From the human T2T-CHM13v2.0 reference genome, Homo sapiens, in assembly GCA_009914755.4 (NCBI GenBank), contig CP068257.2:32512001-32576000 (forward strand): a stretch of 64,000 bases of DNA. Direction: 5' to 3'. The translations under genes and the position numbers were made by a program. Positions 31,435 through 47,199 of this stretch are shown here, in pieces; position 1 is the first letter of the stretch; the number at the start of each line of letters is the position of its first letter. The notes beneath the pieces are model-generated. The model was given only the letters and a program-made list of their open reading frames with translations, did no database searches and was not told where the DNA came from.

Positions 31435-34400
31435 TTAGATTTAGGATAAGAACGAAGACTGATCTGCTTCCTGCTGACAGAGGGTGCCATTTTGGGGAAA
31501 CGGCAATCAGAGCTCCCTCAGAGGCCTACGTAAGGGTCCCTGGCAGAAGGGGCTATTGTCAGAGGTTCTGGTTGCATGACCGCTTGGAGTTTGATGGCCT
31601 GAAGGCAAGAACAGACAAATGGGGTTATTAGAAAACATGTGTCAATACGAAACAAGTGCAGGGGTAAGGACAACTCAGAAATTCCGAGGCATTTTACCAG
31701 TTTGCACAGGGAGAGGGAGGCCAAAAGCCTAACTAACTGGTTAAAAAAACTTTACCCTTTTGCCGGCATGTTGGGCTTCTGGGTTTCCTTCCCCTGAACC
31801 CAGTCCTAAGCCAACCAGTTTAAGGTTTGGGAAATTAACTCTTTCCAGTTTGGAGGATGCATCTGAGGGGAGGGTCCCATAGTACAGAGACACAATTACC
31901 TATCAGTGAAGAGAGGACAGAGGAAAAGAAAGGAAAAAGAGAAGGCATTTTTTCAAAGGAGTCCCAGGGATTCAGGATGCATTCTAAAGGGGCACAGACT
32001 GAAGATGAAGGGCTACTCATCTAGAAAGAGAGGAGCAGGTATCCCTGGCTCCCTTCTCTTCCTAACAGATACCTGGGGTACTTGAGGGAGAAGGGGAAGA
32101 GCATCCTCTTTCCCTCTTCCATCCTTGCATTCCTCGAGTCCCGGTGACCTTGGCAGGTCCTGCCATGAGTGCTAAAGCGACTTGCACCCATGAAGCAGGG
32201 AGGGCCTAGAGAATAGAAACTATCTGCTCTCACCTATGTCTCTTTCCGACCTGCTGTCAGTAGCCTTGGAGTTCCCTGGACCTCATTTATGCCATGGATA
32301 TTAAGGTGGCCTTTATCCATGAAACAGGAAGCTTGGGCTTGGCTTAATCAGCAGGAATCAACCACCCTCACCTGCGCGGTGCCTTTTAACTTCTGTTTTT
32401 GTCTGCATCTGGATCTCTTAGATCCAGTTTTCTTTCATAGGGCTTTGACCCAAAGCTTGGAATTGAGTTTAGGATAAAAATATGTCTCTGGGGGGTTGCA
32501 TGGACTCCTTATCATAAGCTGAATGCTAAGGTGAAGATGTGGAACTGAGTCCTCCAACAAGAGAGAAGAAAGGATGTCTTGTGACACACCCAGATAACCG
32601 GTAGCTATAGTTATGCTTTCTGGGATTTGGCTGCATGCCACTTGGCTTTGGTTAGCTACCTTGGTTTTACTTTCCCCCCAAAAAGCCTCTGGGTGATGGA
32701 CATCCTATTTATTCCCATCACCTGGCAGGATTTGCAGGATAACTGCTCAGAACTAGAATATTGATCCAGATTTTTACATTTCCCATCCCTCTTGTTCTTT
32801 CTGAGCTGCAGCTGGAGATTGCTGGTTGGTTCACAGGAAGAAGCAGGGTTAGTCTAAAATGTAGGCAAAAACTTAAAAACAACTAGTGAGTTTAGAATTT
32901 AATGACAAATATAAGCTTGGAAACATGATTTCTCTCTCTCCAGTCCTCATGTTTGTTAAAAAAACAAATGATCATAGGACTGAATGGTTCGCAAAATAAA
33001 CTTTAGTCTTATTCTTGGCTTGATTATTTGGATAAAGTGCAGCAAGAATAATTATTTCTACATAGGCCTTTTGGATTGGCTTTGATGGAAGTTTGTTCCA
33101 CAAGAAGTCTCAGATAAGACCTTCTAAAGCTGAGCCCAACCATGGGTTTGTATCCTCAAACACCTGTGAGTTGGATGATTTTCTCCTCTTAAGGTCCCAA
33201 GATAAACTTGGAGCTCCTAGACCTGTTAGACCTGTTAGAAAGTGACATTCCACAGGTCAGGAACCCTGTACAGGGACTGCACAGACGAGCGTATGAGGTC
33301 AGTTTCCCCCATGGGGCTTTTATCGGCTCTGCGAATCGAGATTGACTCCTTAAAGGGAAGCATACCCTTCCAGTCAAAGCCTTGGTAAAATAATCACTTT
33401 CTCCAATTGTGTCCTGTTGCAAAAGAAAAATGGATTCCTATTGCACTGATGCAAACAACTATATTGCCATAAGAATACTCATAGATAGTTTCCAAATTCT
33501 AGAGGAACCAGGCAGAGAGAAACAAACATGCTCCACGTTTTCGTTCATAGGAGTATACCTTACTCAATTACTAAAGGCCATAATAGTTCAAAACAAGTTT
33601 CCTTGACTATGAAAAACAAAACAAGGATCAACAATATTCCAAGAAAAAGTCAAAAAGTTTACTTCAGCTTCGTGAGCTCAGCTTATTTAGTTAACTCCAG
33701 TTTTGTTTGATATTTGTGAACATTTCTGCTTTTTGTGAGTCCTGTACATTTTCCTTTATTCCAGTGTCACAGTCTCCAAAGTTATCAAACCTGATTGTCT
33801 CAAATACAATCAGAAATTGTATCTGAAAGCACCTGTCAGAGTCTTATACCCTGTTATAAACCATCTTTTGAAAAGGATTAAAACAAGACAACAATTGTCT
33901 ATGAACAGCAGAATGTCCAGAGTAGTTACAGTTAGAAACACAATTGACAAAGAAGTTTGGTTATCTCTGTGGTTTACAATAACTTAACATAAAAACCTTA
34001 ATTATGGTTGATAGCATATACTCAGACATTAGAATTTTAGAAATCCTGTACAATTTTGGAACATATATTAGCATTATTCACCAAGATATAACCTAAAGAA
34101 GATTGAGCATCATTTTGGCAATCCCATGTACCTAAACATGTCAAATAATCCTGTTTACTTCTCTTTTCTGGACACTCCAGGGGCCCTCTGAAGTATTCAA
34201 AAAGCAAGATGTCAGGAAAGACAATTTTGAAACTGAAGTTTGATTTTGGGAAGGCTAGTAAATGTTTGAGGTTTAAAACATTTGCTATTATGAAATAGAG
34301 TTCCAGATTACTATAAGTTATTTATTTTGCCAAAGTGATGACTTAGAAATTTAAAGAAACAAAAAGCTTTTATAAACCTTTATAAACTTTGCCAAAGAGC

Positions 34401-34976
34401 AGATTAGTATTTTAAGAATTCCTTGTTGTGTTTTTATTTCAATACTCAATTTACAGAAAAACCATATGTTTGAAATGTTTGTTCCCTGGTGCCGTAAAGA
34501 AAGAGCACTTGAACATAAATTTAATTTTCTCAGCAAGGCCATTTTTATATTTTTGGCAGAAAAGTTACACTTGCCAGCAGTTTTGCCATGAGAGTATATC
34601 GAACAAAGGAGACAGGGTCATTTATAACCTGACGCGTCCACCCTACTGCTGTGTCTGGTTTTCATTGGCAGGAACGGGACCTTACGTTTTGTATTTGTCC
34701 TGATTGGCCAGCAACTTAGAACTTTTTAAAAGAGGCAAAGACAGAGGAGAATAAAGGAAGGAAGAAGTAACTTGTGGAATGCTGAGAAAGGTAAAAACAC
34801 CTTTAAATAAAGAAGAGGAACAGGCTATGACCTAATGCTTGCTTGGACCAGTATAAGCATGCCAAGGCAAATATTTAGGCTAAACTGTGGGACCTAAGAA
34901 TATGAAGTATATTGACTTTTTTATTACGGCTAGCAGCTATTTAAGAATGTTAGCACAGGTCTTTGAATAAATTTTG

Positions 34977-35278
34977 ATTTTTTTTTTTTCTTTTTTAGAC
35001 GGAGTCTTGCTCTGTCACCCAGCCTGGAGTGCAGTGGCGCAGTCTTGGCCCACTGCAAGCTCTGCCTCCCAGATTCATGCCATTCTCCTGCCTCAGCCTC
35101 CTGAGTAGCTGGGACTACAGGTACCCGCCACCACGCCTGGCTAATTTTTTGTATGTTTTTAGTAGTGACAGGGTTTCACCATGTTAACCAGGATGGTCTC
35201 AATCTCCTGATCTCGTGATCCACCTGCCTTGGCCTCCCAAAGTGCTGGGATTACAGGCGTGAGCCACCGTGCCCGGCC
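34977..35278 (-). mobile_element. Alu SINE (AluY-like)
   Basis: 'tttttttttttcttttttagacggagtcttgctctgtcacccagcctggagtgcagtggcgc...gctgggattacaggcgtgagccaccgtgcccggcc'. Confidence 0.9.
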
Positions 35279-37289
35279 TAAATTTTGTTTTTAAGAGAAG
35301 TTACTATTTATTCCTAATTAGATGGAGGGGAAAGTTTTTGAAGAGGAATCTTTGCTTTTTACAGGTATAATACTCTTGAATTTAGCTAATATGTTTGCAT
35401 AGAGACCCTCTTCTGCAAGATTAACTTCCACAATTCTTCCACTTCTTCTTCGAACCTTCAGCTTCTTCCTAATTTAACTCAAAACAATCTTTAAACCCTA
35501 GGTAAAGGTTTACATTTCCATGTCTTCTTATAACTTTTCACCAAAAAACCACATTTTACTGTTCTTACACACCTTGCTTGTAAATCTATTTCTAGTAGTT
35601 TCAATTAACTCCTAGCAATTTTTAACTTTAAGGTAAAACTTGGTAACTTGCTTTAATTGTGTGCTAAGTGCAGCCAAGGTTTGACTCCAGCATAATTAAG
35701 GGCATAGCTAATTCCATGTCCTCAGTCCCTACCAGTTGTGAAGCTGACAAGTCAAATAGTTCTCAAAACCCCAAAAGCAGTTTGTAACCTCAAAACAGTT
35801 AGCAAACCTTGCATCTGACCTGCATTTTACCAATAGTCTTTAGGGCTGTTTTTATTTCTTAATGATTAAAGTCACGTGAACTGAAAGGTACCACAGCTTT
35901 TAACTTCCCTTTAAAAAATATTAGATCCAAGTGCTTGTCTTTCTTTAGACTAAATTAGTTAGAACTCTTTTTCCAGGCATCACACACAGTACAGGCAAAA
36001 GAGAACCCAGTCGCTGGGTGGGAACCTTTAAGAGACAGGGCTAAGAAAACATGGAGGTATCAAATCTGAGAGGGCTGTTCCCCTCAGGCAGGGTTGCTAA
36101 ACAAAGCCTTGCCAAGCAATTACCAGCCATGCCCCCAGGGTGTAAAGCAAGATGGAAGCTTGCAACATAAACCATGCAGACAAGCAAAGCACACCAGATT
36201 GACCACAGCCCAAGACTAGCCCCACAAATCCTTTTTCACAATTAAAACTTTACAGAAAATACAAACAGTTGTAGTTGCAGGGAGCCTGGACTAGTAAAGT
36301 GTCTTCTAAAAGAAAAAAAAACTTTAAAGGTTAACTTTTTGACCAGGTAGATAAGGGGAAAGAAAAAAAAACAGTTTAAAAATGCCTGGGGAAGAACTTC
36401 TTATTCTTATGCAAGTGGTTCCTCCACCGGGAAGAGAAGTTTAAGCTTAATTACTGTCCAATAGAGTTAAACACCTTGACCATGGATGGAGAAGGCTACG
36501 GCAGCAGCATGTGGCTGGGAACCAGCCAGCCAGCTGTGCAGGACTCTTGGGCCATACTTCCCAGCCCTGGCAGGGCGGGGAGATGCTGCTCTGTGGTGGG
36601 TCCTGAAAAAGGAAGGAAAAGGCCATGAAAAGGCCCAGGAGTGATGGGAAAGAGGGGATGGGGGTGTGGAAAAGGCTTAGAAGCAGCAATGAGAGGTTTT
36701 GAGTCCCCGTTTCACTCACTGCTTCTCGAGCCCCATGTTGGGCGCCAAAAATGTTGCAGGACTTTTCTTTAGTTCAGCTAAAGGTGGGGTTCTTTGAAAA
36801 TTCAGGCTCGCAGACAATTTGAATGGTGAGTGAGACAGGATTTTATTGAGTGAAAAGGAAGCAAAGGGGGAAACAGGGACTCTTATTAGGCCAGGGTCCC
36901 TGCTAGAGTGTTTCTCCCCCACAGCTCAAATGCCAGGCTCCATGCAGGAAGAGGAGGGGCCAAGCTCAGGCTCTCCCTGCTGCAAACGTCTTGAACTTCC
37001 TGAGGCTGCACCTCAGTGGGGAGGCTAGTTGGAGTTTCTCCAGGGACCCCTTCCCACCTGGCTGTCTCATCATCAGGTGACCCCTCTTCTCATCCCAAAG
37101 CACTGAGCTTTTGTCTATAAATTACAAATTTTATCAGGAATTCCAGCAACATATTGAAACTAAAAATAAAAACAAACCATTGGGGGTATTTTTAAAACTT
37201 CAAATCAAGTAATCTATTTATACCAAAAATGTCATCATCATTATAATACTCATTTGTTTGTTATAGTTATTATTTTATCTACTGCATGA

Positions 37290-37370
37290 TAACCTTAAAA
37301 AGTAGTTGTGATCACTCCCATTTTCAGATGAGGAAACTGGGGTTTGAAGAAGCACAATGCTTTTTGAAAA
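37290..37370 (-). repeat. MIR fragment, 3' core
   Basis: 'tcactcccattttcagatgaggaaactggggtttgaagaagcac' is the reverse complement of MIR 'cctcatctgtaaaatgggg...'. Confidence 0.4.
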
Positions 37371-38125
37371 TCCCCCCCAGCTCTTGTGTCTCCAAAGCCT
37401 GGCCTTCCTCACTATCTTACAGTCTGCCTTCTGACAGTTTCTGAAATCTGCAAGGCTCACCATGTAGCTGGTGCCACAGTGGCATTTTCAGAGGGGTGCT
37501 GCTTCCTGCAGAATGCACTTGACGTCGGGTAGCACAGCAGGGTGCGGTAATGGTGACAAGAATCAGCTGCAGTGTGGTTTCGATGTTTTCCAACAAACAT
37601 TCCTCCAAGTGTGGGAGCAGGGAGCACAGGCCATGCCACCATCTCCAGTGGGTACAGTTCTACTTGGTAATTAGATAAAAGATTTGGGCAGACATGGTTT
37701 TGCATCTGCACCCCATAATGAATGTGGGGGCAGTTCTGAATTCAGGGACAGGAGGAAACCATAATATATTCATTCATTGTAATTACTTGGGGGTAGTTCT
37801 TGCAGGTAGTTCTTTTGCTAACCCCCACGGTACAGGCTGGGTCCGAGGCAAGCTTCCTGGGCCTGTGGGTAGAGTTCTAGTTCGGTTTCAGGAGCAAAAT
37901 CACTCTGGGTAACTCCTATCTTTATGCTGGTGGCTCCTTCCAGTTCCCAGTCTGGCCTGCTCTTCTTGTGTGGACCCAGAACCCCAGCTCAGCTGGTTAA
38001 ACCTATATTTGACTTTGCTGGGCCTTGGACTGTTTATGAGACTTTAGCTATGGCTCACTGATCTGTGTTATCCCTTTATTTCTGGGCTTTCTGTTTGGTT
38101 TTGAGCTCAGTTAGGTAATAGAATT

Positions 38126-38127
<2 letters not shown>

Positions 38128-38160
<33 letters not shown>

Positions 38161-38433
38161 CAAGGTCTTGCTCTGTTGCTTAGGGTGGAGTGCAGTGGCA
38201 CAATCATGGCTTACTGCAGCCTTGACCTCCTGGACTCAGGTGATCCTTCCACCTCAGCCTCCTGAGTAGCTAGGACTACAGACACCGGCTACCATGCCTG
38301 ACTAATTTGTTTTTATTTTTTGGTAGAGACGAGTTCTCACTATGTTGCCCAGGCTGGTCTCAAACTCCTGGACTCAGGTGATCCTCTGCCTCCTGAAGGG
38401 CTGGGATTACAGTCATGAGCCATCGCACCTGGC
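38128..38433 (-). mobile_element. Alu SINE (older) with a T33 tail
   Basis: T33, then 'agacaaggtcttgctctgttgcttagggtggagtgcagtggcacaatcatggcttactgcagcc...gctgggattacagtcatgagccatcgcacctggcc'. Confidence 0.9.
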
Positions 38434-39416
38434 CTGTAACACAATTCTTGTGTTTCATTCTCTTTCTCTGGTGGCTGGATTTTGGGAATTTCACCAGATT
38501 ATGCCCAAGTGGGATTCTCTTTTTTGCTTTTCAAATTATTATTATTATACTTGCTTGGTACTTATAGTTTACATTCTGGTCCCCAAATTGGTTTTTATTC
38601 AGTTAAGGAGCATTTTCTTCTATTTGTTTGTTAAGTTTGTTTCTTCTTATCTTTCCCTGCCTTTTTTTCAGGAATGCCTGATATTCAATACTCAATAGTC
38701 AATATTCTCACAGTAGCTGATATTCTCGAAGCTGTATTCCTGTCTCTTATATTTTTATTTATGATTTTCACTTCACTGAATTTTTGCTCCATGTTCTGAG
38801 ACAGTTTCTCTTTGATCATTCAGATCAGATTGTTTATGGGTACCATCAGGAGATGGGTTAAGGCTGAAGGATGGATGGAACTCTGCATTTTTCATGCTCA
38901 TTGTTCAGGGATGGTTTACATCTGGATGGCAACAGGATCCCAAATCCCTTGTTGGGGATGCTACTTTGGTAAGGGTGCAGCTTCATACTCTGAGTCTGAC
39001 CCCAGATGGCATTTCCAATCTGATGGATCCCAGGATGAATTTAGCTTCTAGAGGCAGTAGCAGTACGGACGGTTTTGAAGTTGAGTTTATCCTTTGACCC
39101 TCTTGGTTATTTGTTGGACTCAGTTCTCTCTGCTGCTTAAAGGACCCCCATTTGCTCATCACCCTGCAGCCTGTTCTGGTTATTGTCACTGTTTGTCTCT
39201 GGGTCAACTTCCTCACAAGCCTGTGAGTTCCATCCACCTTTGCACCTGTTTTAGTCCACTCAGGCTGCCATAACAGGATACCACACACAGACTGGGGGGC
39301 TTAAACAACAGACATTTATTTTCTCACAGTCCTGGGCACTGACAGTCCAGATCAAGGTGTTGGCAGGTTTGGTTTCTCCTGAGGCCTCTCTCCCTGGCTT
39401 GCAGATGGCTGCTTTC

Positions 39417-39910
<494 letters not shown>

Positions 39911-40213
39911 TAAAACACCAATCAGATTGGATTAGGGCCCACCATAACGACCTCATTTAACCATAATTGCCTTTTTAGAGACATTGTCCCCAAATATAGT
40001 CACATTCTTAGGTACCAGGGATAAGGGCTTCAACATAATGAATTTTGGGGAGACACAATTCAGTCTATAACACACTCCTAGAGCTTAATGTAGGCCTGGC
40101 TTATAGTAGGTGCCCAGTAAATGTTGAGGGCCTGATTGAAGCTTTCCCAAATGTATTCTCTTTCCCCATTTTGATTTTCAAGCAAATTGTGATGCCTAGG
40201 ATGGCATCACACT

Positions 40214-40519
40214 TTTTCTTTTTCTTTTATTTATTTTTACACAGGGTCTCACTCTGTTGCCCAGGCTGTAGTGCAGTGATATAATCTCAGCTCGCTGCAA
40301 CCTCTGTCTCTCAGGCTCAAGCGATTCTCCCACCTTGGCTTCCTGAGTAGCTGAGACTACAAGAGCACACCCTCCACACCCAGCTAATTTTTAAACTTTT
40401 TGTAGAAACAGGGTTTCAATATGTTGCCCGTCCTGGTCTTGAACACCTGGGCTCGAGATATCCATCTACCTTGGCCTCCCAAAATGTTGAGATTACAGGC
40501 GTGAGCCACTGTGCCCAGC
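40214..40519 (-). mobile_element. Alu SINE (AluJ-like, diverged)
   Basis: 'ctttttctttttcttttatttatttttacacagggtctcactctgttgcccaggctgtagtgcagtgatataatctcagctcgctgcaacc...gttgagattacaggcgtgagccactgtgcccagcc'. Confidence 0.85.
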
Positions 40520-41192
40520 CCAAATTTTTTCTTATGCTAAATTAAGAACTATTACTATCTCTTATTGCCTATTTTCAGTTTATCCTTAGCCAGTCATTTT
40601 TTGCAAGCAATTCTATAGTGTGTGGATACATGGTCTTTAGTTTTTCTTCTATTTCATGGTGAAGAGATGAGCTCTATGCCTGTGGTCAGTTTCAGCTGAT
40701 AGTCTCTGTGGCAAGGCCACTGAATTTTTCACAACAGGCCTGTGTGTGTTTCTCTATGGGGATTTGAATTGTATTATAGCATGCTGGATTTACCTTCTTG
40801 GGAATTTAGTTTCTTTTTTATTTCTAAACATGTTTTCTCCATTTCATTGTATTTATTCTTGTGCTCTGCCTTAAGCTCTGACAAATTTGAATTTTTCAAA
40901 AGCACAGAGAAATGCTTTATGTCAGTTATTTGCAGGTGTTCTTCTAGTTTATAATAATAACAAAAAGATGGAATTAAACATCTTTTCCTTTGGCTATTCC
41001 ATTCTTTTGCATTCTTCATTTTTGTATTTTGCTTTGTCTCCTCATTGAATTTTTGATCTCTGAAATAGCAATTTAAAATAACTATCCAATGGTGTATGTA
41101 CCCACAACAGTTTCTTGCCAAGCATGCAGAATGAATGGATTCCTTATTCACATGTTAAATGCCTACATAGCAGAGTCTATGTATAGCACTGA

Positions 41193-41695
<503 letters not shown>

Positions 41696-43517
41696 ATGAC
41701 TCACATTTTCTATGCTCTGGTTGTTTTCTGGCTTGTAAACATGGCTTTTGCCTGCTGAGAACACTTTTCCTCCCCTGCTCACTGGGAAGCCTTCCTGAAC
41801 CCAAACTAGCCTAGGTCCTCTTCAAGCTCTCTTCAGGAGCTTCCAAAAATCCTTGCTCCTTCTCCTGAGCATGTACTTGTTTGCAAGTGATTGTTGATAT
41901 GTCTCTTCCTTACTTTTGGCTAAGGGTTCTTTCTGTGCCGTGGACCATCCTAGGCAGCTGATGAAGTCTATGGATCTTTTGCCAGAGTTATGTTTTAAAT
42001 GCATAAAATAAAACACACTGGGTTCTAGTTCAGGGCAAGTTGGAGTAAGCACACTCCACCCTGACTCCCGGTGAATGTTGCTATAAAACCCATACAAGAA
42101 TGTATGGAATAGCTACTTAAAGACTCTGAAAAGCAAAGGGTAGCCAGCAAATTGGTAAAGAAGACAGAACTCAAGTACCGCTGAACTGGTGGTGAGTTAC
42201 CATTTTTCCCCCCTCCAGAATCACCTGGTCTGGATTCAGTGCAGTCTGAAAACCCAGAAGTGGGCACTGGTGCAGACAGAGAGCCCCAGAGGAGCCCCCT
42301 AGTCTGGCTTGAAGGAGCAGAAAGGAAGTCTCCTAATACTTAGAAGGAGTGAAGAAACCCCCTGTTTTGTTTTGCTTTTTCTTTTCTTCATTCTCTTGTG
42401 TCCCAGCGCCCAGGCACTCCTGTGGTAGTAGGGGCACAAGAGCTCACAGGAGCCCAAAACTCTGAGGCAGGAGAATCTTTCCTGAATCAGAGGAGCTGCT
42501 GTCCCAAGAGAGTGAAGAAAATCCCTAATGCTTTTTTTCCCCACTCTGTTATCCTACTGCTTTTCCCTGGACACAGATACAGTTGTGGGAAGTATATAGC
42601 AGAACAGGCTAAGTAAAGCCCCGGCTTTCTGGCCAGATGACCAAAAAATTGAGCTCCTGGGAACAGGAAAGTACTAGGAAGTGGGAAGAGCTGGGAAAAG
42701 CAACCCTATAAAGTTGTTTATGAACTTCTAGACTTACCCCTGGGATATACACGAATAGAACTTACCCTAAATAACATAGACAGACTAAGAGAACTGAACT
42801 ACAAAATAAACCATTGCCCAGGTCTCAGACTGGTCACTGGATAATGTACATATACAAAGGGATAGATCTGAAGTATTGGAAAACAGAACTGATATTGGAA
42901 CCATAATCCATAGAAGACCAGTGGGACTTGTGACCTGAACTCAGCCAGATCGATTTCCTACTTTAAAAACAAGCAAAACAAAACAATATTCTCTATAGGA
43001 TTTAGATAAGATCTAGAGTCTTATAATCATCAAAATATCCAGGATACAATCAATAATTACTCAACACATATGAAGACTTGGTAAAATTTCAACTAGTATG
43101 GAAAACGACAATCAACACGCCAATGCTGAGATGACACAGAATTTAAAGCAGCTATTATAAAATACTTGAACATATAAGGGCAGACATTCTTGAAATAAAT
43201 AAAAAAAAGTCTTAGAAAAGAGATAGAAGATATAAAGCAGAACCAAAAGGGAATTTCAGAAATGAAAAATACTATAACTGAAATAAAAATCTCACTGGAT
43301 GGACTCAATGGCAGAATGAAGACAACAAAGAAGAGTGAGTGAATTTCGATATAGATCAATAGAAATTATGAAACCTGAACAATATGGAGAAAACAGATAG
43401 AAAAATAAAAGAGAACCAAGCTTTATGAACCCGCCTGGAAATACCAAAAGTCTAACACTGTTGTAATAGCATTCGTAGAAAGAAATGAGAAAATATGTGG
43501 TACCTTAAAAAAATTCA

Positions 43518-43857
<340 letters not shown>

Positions 43858-46475
43858 CGGCTGAAAGTTTCTCAAATTTGGAGAAAAACAGAAACTTACA
43901 GAGTCAAGAATCCCAGGAAATCTCAAATAGAATAAACCCAAAGAAATCCATGCCCAAACACATTCTTATTAACTGCTGCAAACTAAAGAAAACATATTTC
44001 CAGAAGCCAGAGAAAAACAGCACATTACTTATAGGGCAACATAATTCAAATAGCAACAGATTTTACAGAAGGAAATAGAACATTTTTTAAGTGCTAGAAG
44101 AAAAGAACTGTCAAACTACAATTCTATATTCAGTAAAAATATCCTTCAGGAATGAAGATAAAATAAAGACATTCCCAGGTGAAGAAAAATGAAGACTTCG
44201 TTGTCACCACACTATTGTTACAGGAAGTTCTTCAGGCAGATGGGAAATGACACCAGAAGAAGATATGAAGAGCAACAAAAATGACAGATAACTGGGCAAA
44301 CATAATAGACTGTTCTTCTTCTCTTGAGTTCTTTAAAATATATTTGATGGTAGAAAGCAAAAATTATAACATCGTCTAGTGGGGTTTTCAATGTATGTTG
44401 ATATAACAAATAAGACAACCACAACATAAAGGAGGATGGGTAAAGAAACCCATATATGGTGGTAATATATCACTTGAAGTGGTAAAATATACACTGACTG
44501 TAAAAAGTTAAGAATATATATTTTAATCCCTAGAGCAACTACTTAGAAATTACACAAAGGGATAGTCAACAAAAATGCAATAGGTAAAATAGATAACTAA
44601 CAAATGTTTAACCAAAAAGAAAGCAAACAAAGGGAAAACATAGAAACTGAAAATACAGAGACAAACAGTAAACAAACAATAAAATGATAGGCTTAAATAA
44701 AAACATCAGTAATTACATTAAATGTAAATGGATCAAACATACTAATTAAAAGATAGATTTTTAGAATGGATTTCAAAAAATGACTCAATTATATACTGTC
44801 TATAAGTATATAATTAATACAAGTGTTTCAGTTGTACTCACTTCAAGTATAATGACATAAGTGGGCTAAAAGTAAAGCAATATATATTCAAAAGATGTAT
44901 ATTATTAATGAGAATGAAGGTAGAGTGTCTATAGTAATATCAGACAAAGTGGACTTCAGAGCAAAGAAAATTACCAGGGATAAAAAGGGGCAATACCTAA
45001 TACATTTCATCAAGAGGACACAACAATCCTAAATCTGTATGTATCAAACAGCAAAGCTTGAAGGTACATGAAGGAAAAACTCACAGAACTGAGATAAGAA
45101 ATACACAAATTCATAATTATAGTTGGAAACTTCAACATTCCTCTCTCAGTGATCAATGGAACTTAGTAAACAGAAAGTCAGCAAGTGTATAGTATAGAAA
45201 ATGGAACTAAATGATAAACAATTGTTTCTAACTGACATAGAATACTCCACTCAGTAACAGCAGAATACACATTTTTCTCAATTTCACATGGAACTTTCAC
45301 CAAGATAGACCATATCTGGGGATATAAAACAAATTTGTCACACATTTAAAGAATCAAAATCATACAAAGTATGAAAAACAGAATGATAAGAAAATTTACA
45401 AACCCTTAGAAATTAAACAACACACTTGTACATAATCTGTAGGTCAAAGAGGAAGTCTCAGGGAAGTTAGAAAATATTTTGAACTGAATGAATATAAAAA
45501 TATATCAAAATTTGTGGGATGCAGTTAAAGCAGTGGTTAGATGGAAATTTCATCATTACGATGAATTTGTATTAGAAAAGAGAAGAGTATCAAACCAGTA
45601 ATCTAAGCTGCTTCCACAAGAAATTAGAAAAAGAAGAGCAAAATAAACTCAAAATAAGCAAAGGAAGGAAGTAATAAAAATAAGTACATAAATTTAAAAA
45701 ATGAAAACAATTTCAAAAACAATACAGAAAAATAATGAGGAGTTCAATAAACCTCTGGTGAGACTGGCAGAGGGAAAGATAGAACATGAATTACTGATAT
45801 CAGGAATGAAAAAAGGGTTATCACTACACACCCTGCTCATAAATTTGACCATTTAGATAAAACGGATGAATTCTGCAAAAGACACAAATTACCAAAATTC
45901 ACCCAAGATGACATGTAGATAACTTGAATAGCACTATTAGTATTTTAAAAATTGAGCTTGTATTTTAAAACCTTCTATAAAAGGATTCTTCAGGCCAAGA
46001 TTCTAGCACACACCATATAGCATATGCTACCAAATATTTAAACAAGAAATATGATAAATTCTACCAAATATTTTCTAGACATAAAATGAACTGTACACAA
46101 TCTCTTCCAGAAAATAGAAGAGGAGGGAGCACTTCTCAACTCATTTTATAAGGCCAACATTACCCTGGTACTGGAACCAGACAGATGGTACAAAAAGTAC
46201 AAAACACTATCCCTCATGAACATATATGCAAAAATTCTCAACAAAATATTAGCAAATATCCATTAATACATAAGTATACAAAGAGATAGTCAATAATATT
46301 GACTATTAGGGAAATGCCAGCTAAAACTCTGATGAGATATAACCTATGGAGTGAGACACACCTATTGAATGGCAAAAATAAAAAATACTGACAATACTAA
46401 GTGCTCACAATCATGCAAAGCAACTGGATCTCTCATACACTGCCAATGGGAATGCAAAATTGCACAGCTACTCTA

Positions 46476-46670
46476 GGATCGTCCTGCTTCAGCCTTCTGA
46501 GTAGCTAGGACTACAGGTGGGCACCACCATGCTTGGCTAATTTTTAGTATTTTTTGGAGAGACAGGGTCCAGGTTGCCTGGGCTGGTCTTGAACTCCTGG
46601 CCTCAAGCTGTCCTCCTGCCTCAGTCTTCCAAAGTGCTGGGATTACAGGTGTGAGCTATTGTGGCTGGCC
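46476..46670 (-). mobile_element. Alu fragment lacking its own 3' monomer end and poly(A), nested in the old L1
   Basis: 'gatcgtcctgcttcagccttctgagtagctaggactacaggtgggcaccaccatgcttggctaatttttagtattttttggagagacagggtccaggttgcctgggctggtcttgaactcctggcctcaagctgtcctcctgcctcagtcttccaaagtgctgggattacaggtgtgagctattgtggctggcc'. There is no T-run and no 'gagacggagtctcgctctg...' segment. Confidence 0.8.
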
Positions 46671-47199
46671 CTACTTTGCAGTTTCTTATAAAGCTACACA
46701 CACAATTGACATATGACTCAGCAATCCCAAGTGAACTGAAAACTTGTATTCATGCAAAGACCTATGCATGAATGTTTATAGCAGCTGTATTCATTATCAC
46801 TAATAAGAGAAAACAACCCAATGTCTTTCAGTGGGTCAATGGGTAAATAAACTGTGGTGCGTTTCTACAATGGAATACTACTCAATTTAGCAATAAAAAG
46901 GAATGAACTATTGACACACCCAACAACTTGGATGAATCTCAAAGACATTATGCTGAGTAAAAGGAGCCAATCTCAAAAGTTCTACATACTGAATGATATA
47001 CTTTACTCTCAAAAAGGTGAAACACGTGACAGAGAAGAAATCAATGATTTCTAGGAGTGAGAGTTTAGTGAAGACAATGCTGTAATTTCTTCCCATCTAA
47101 ATTCCTTAGACCTCTGCGTTCTAATTATGAACCACTTGGAGGGAGGGTCTATGTGTCCCAAGTAAAAAGCCTGCTCTATGCTATATGCCTTGTAGGAAT

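Noticed and set aside
35300-37100. Possible ERV or LTR-like stretch ('tgagacaggattttattgagtgaaaagg', tRNA-primer-like and polypurine-like motifs).
   Set aside because: I could not match it convincingly to any LTR or ERV consensus from memory. I left it unannotated rather than guess; RepeatMasker or Dfam would settle it.
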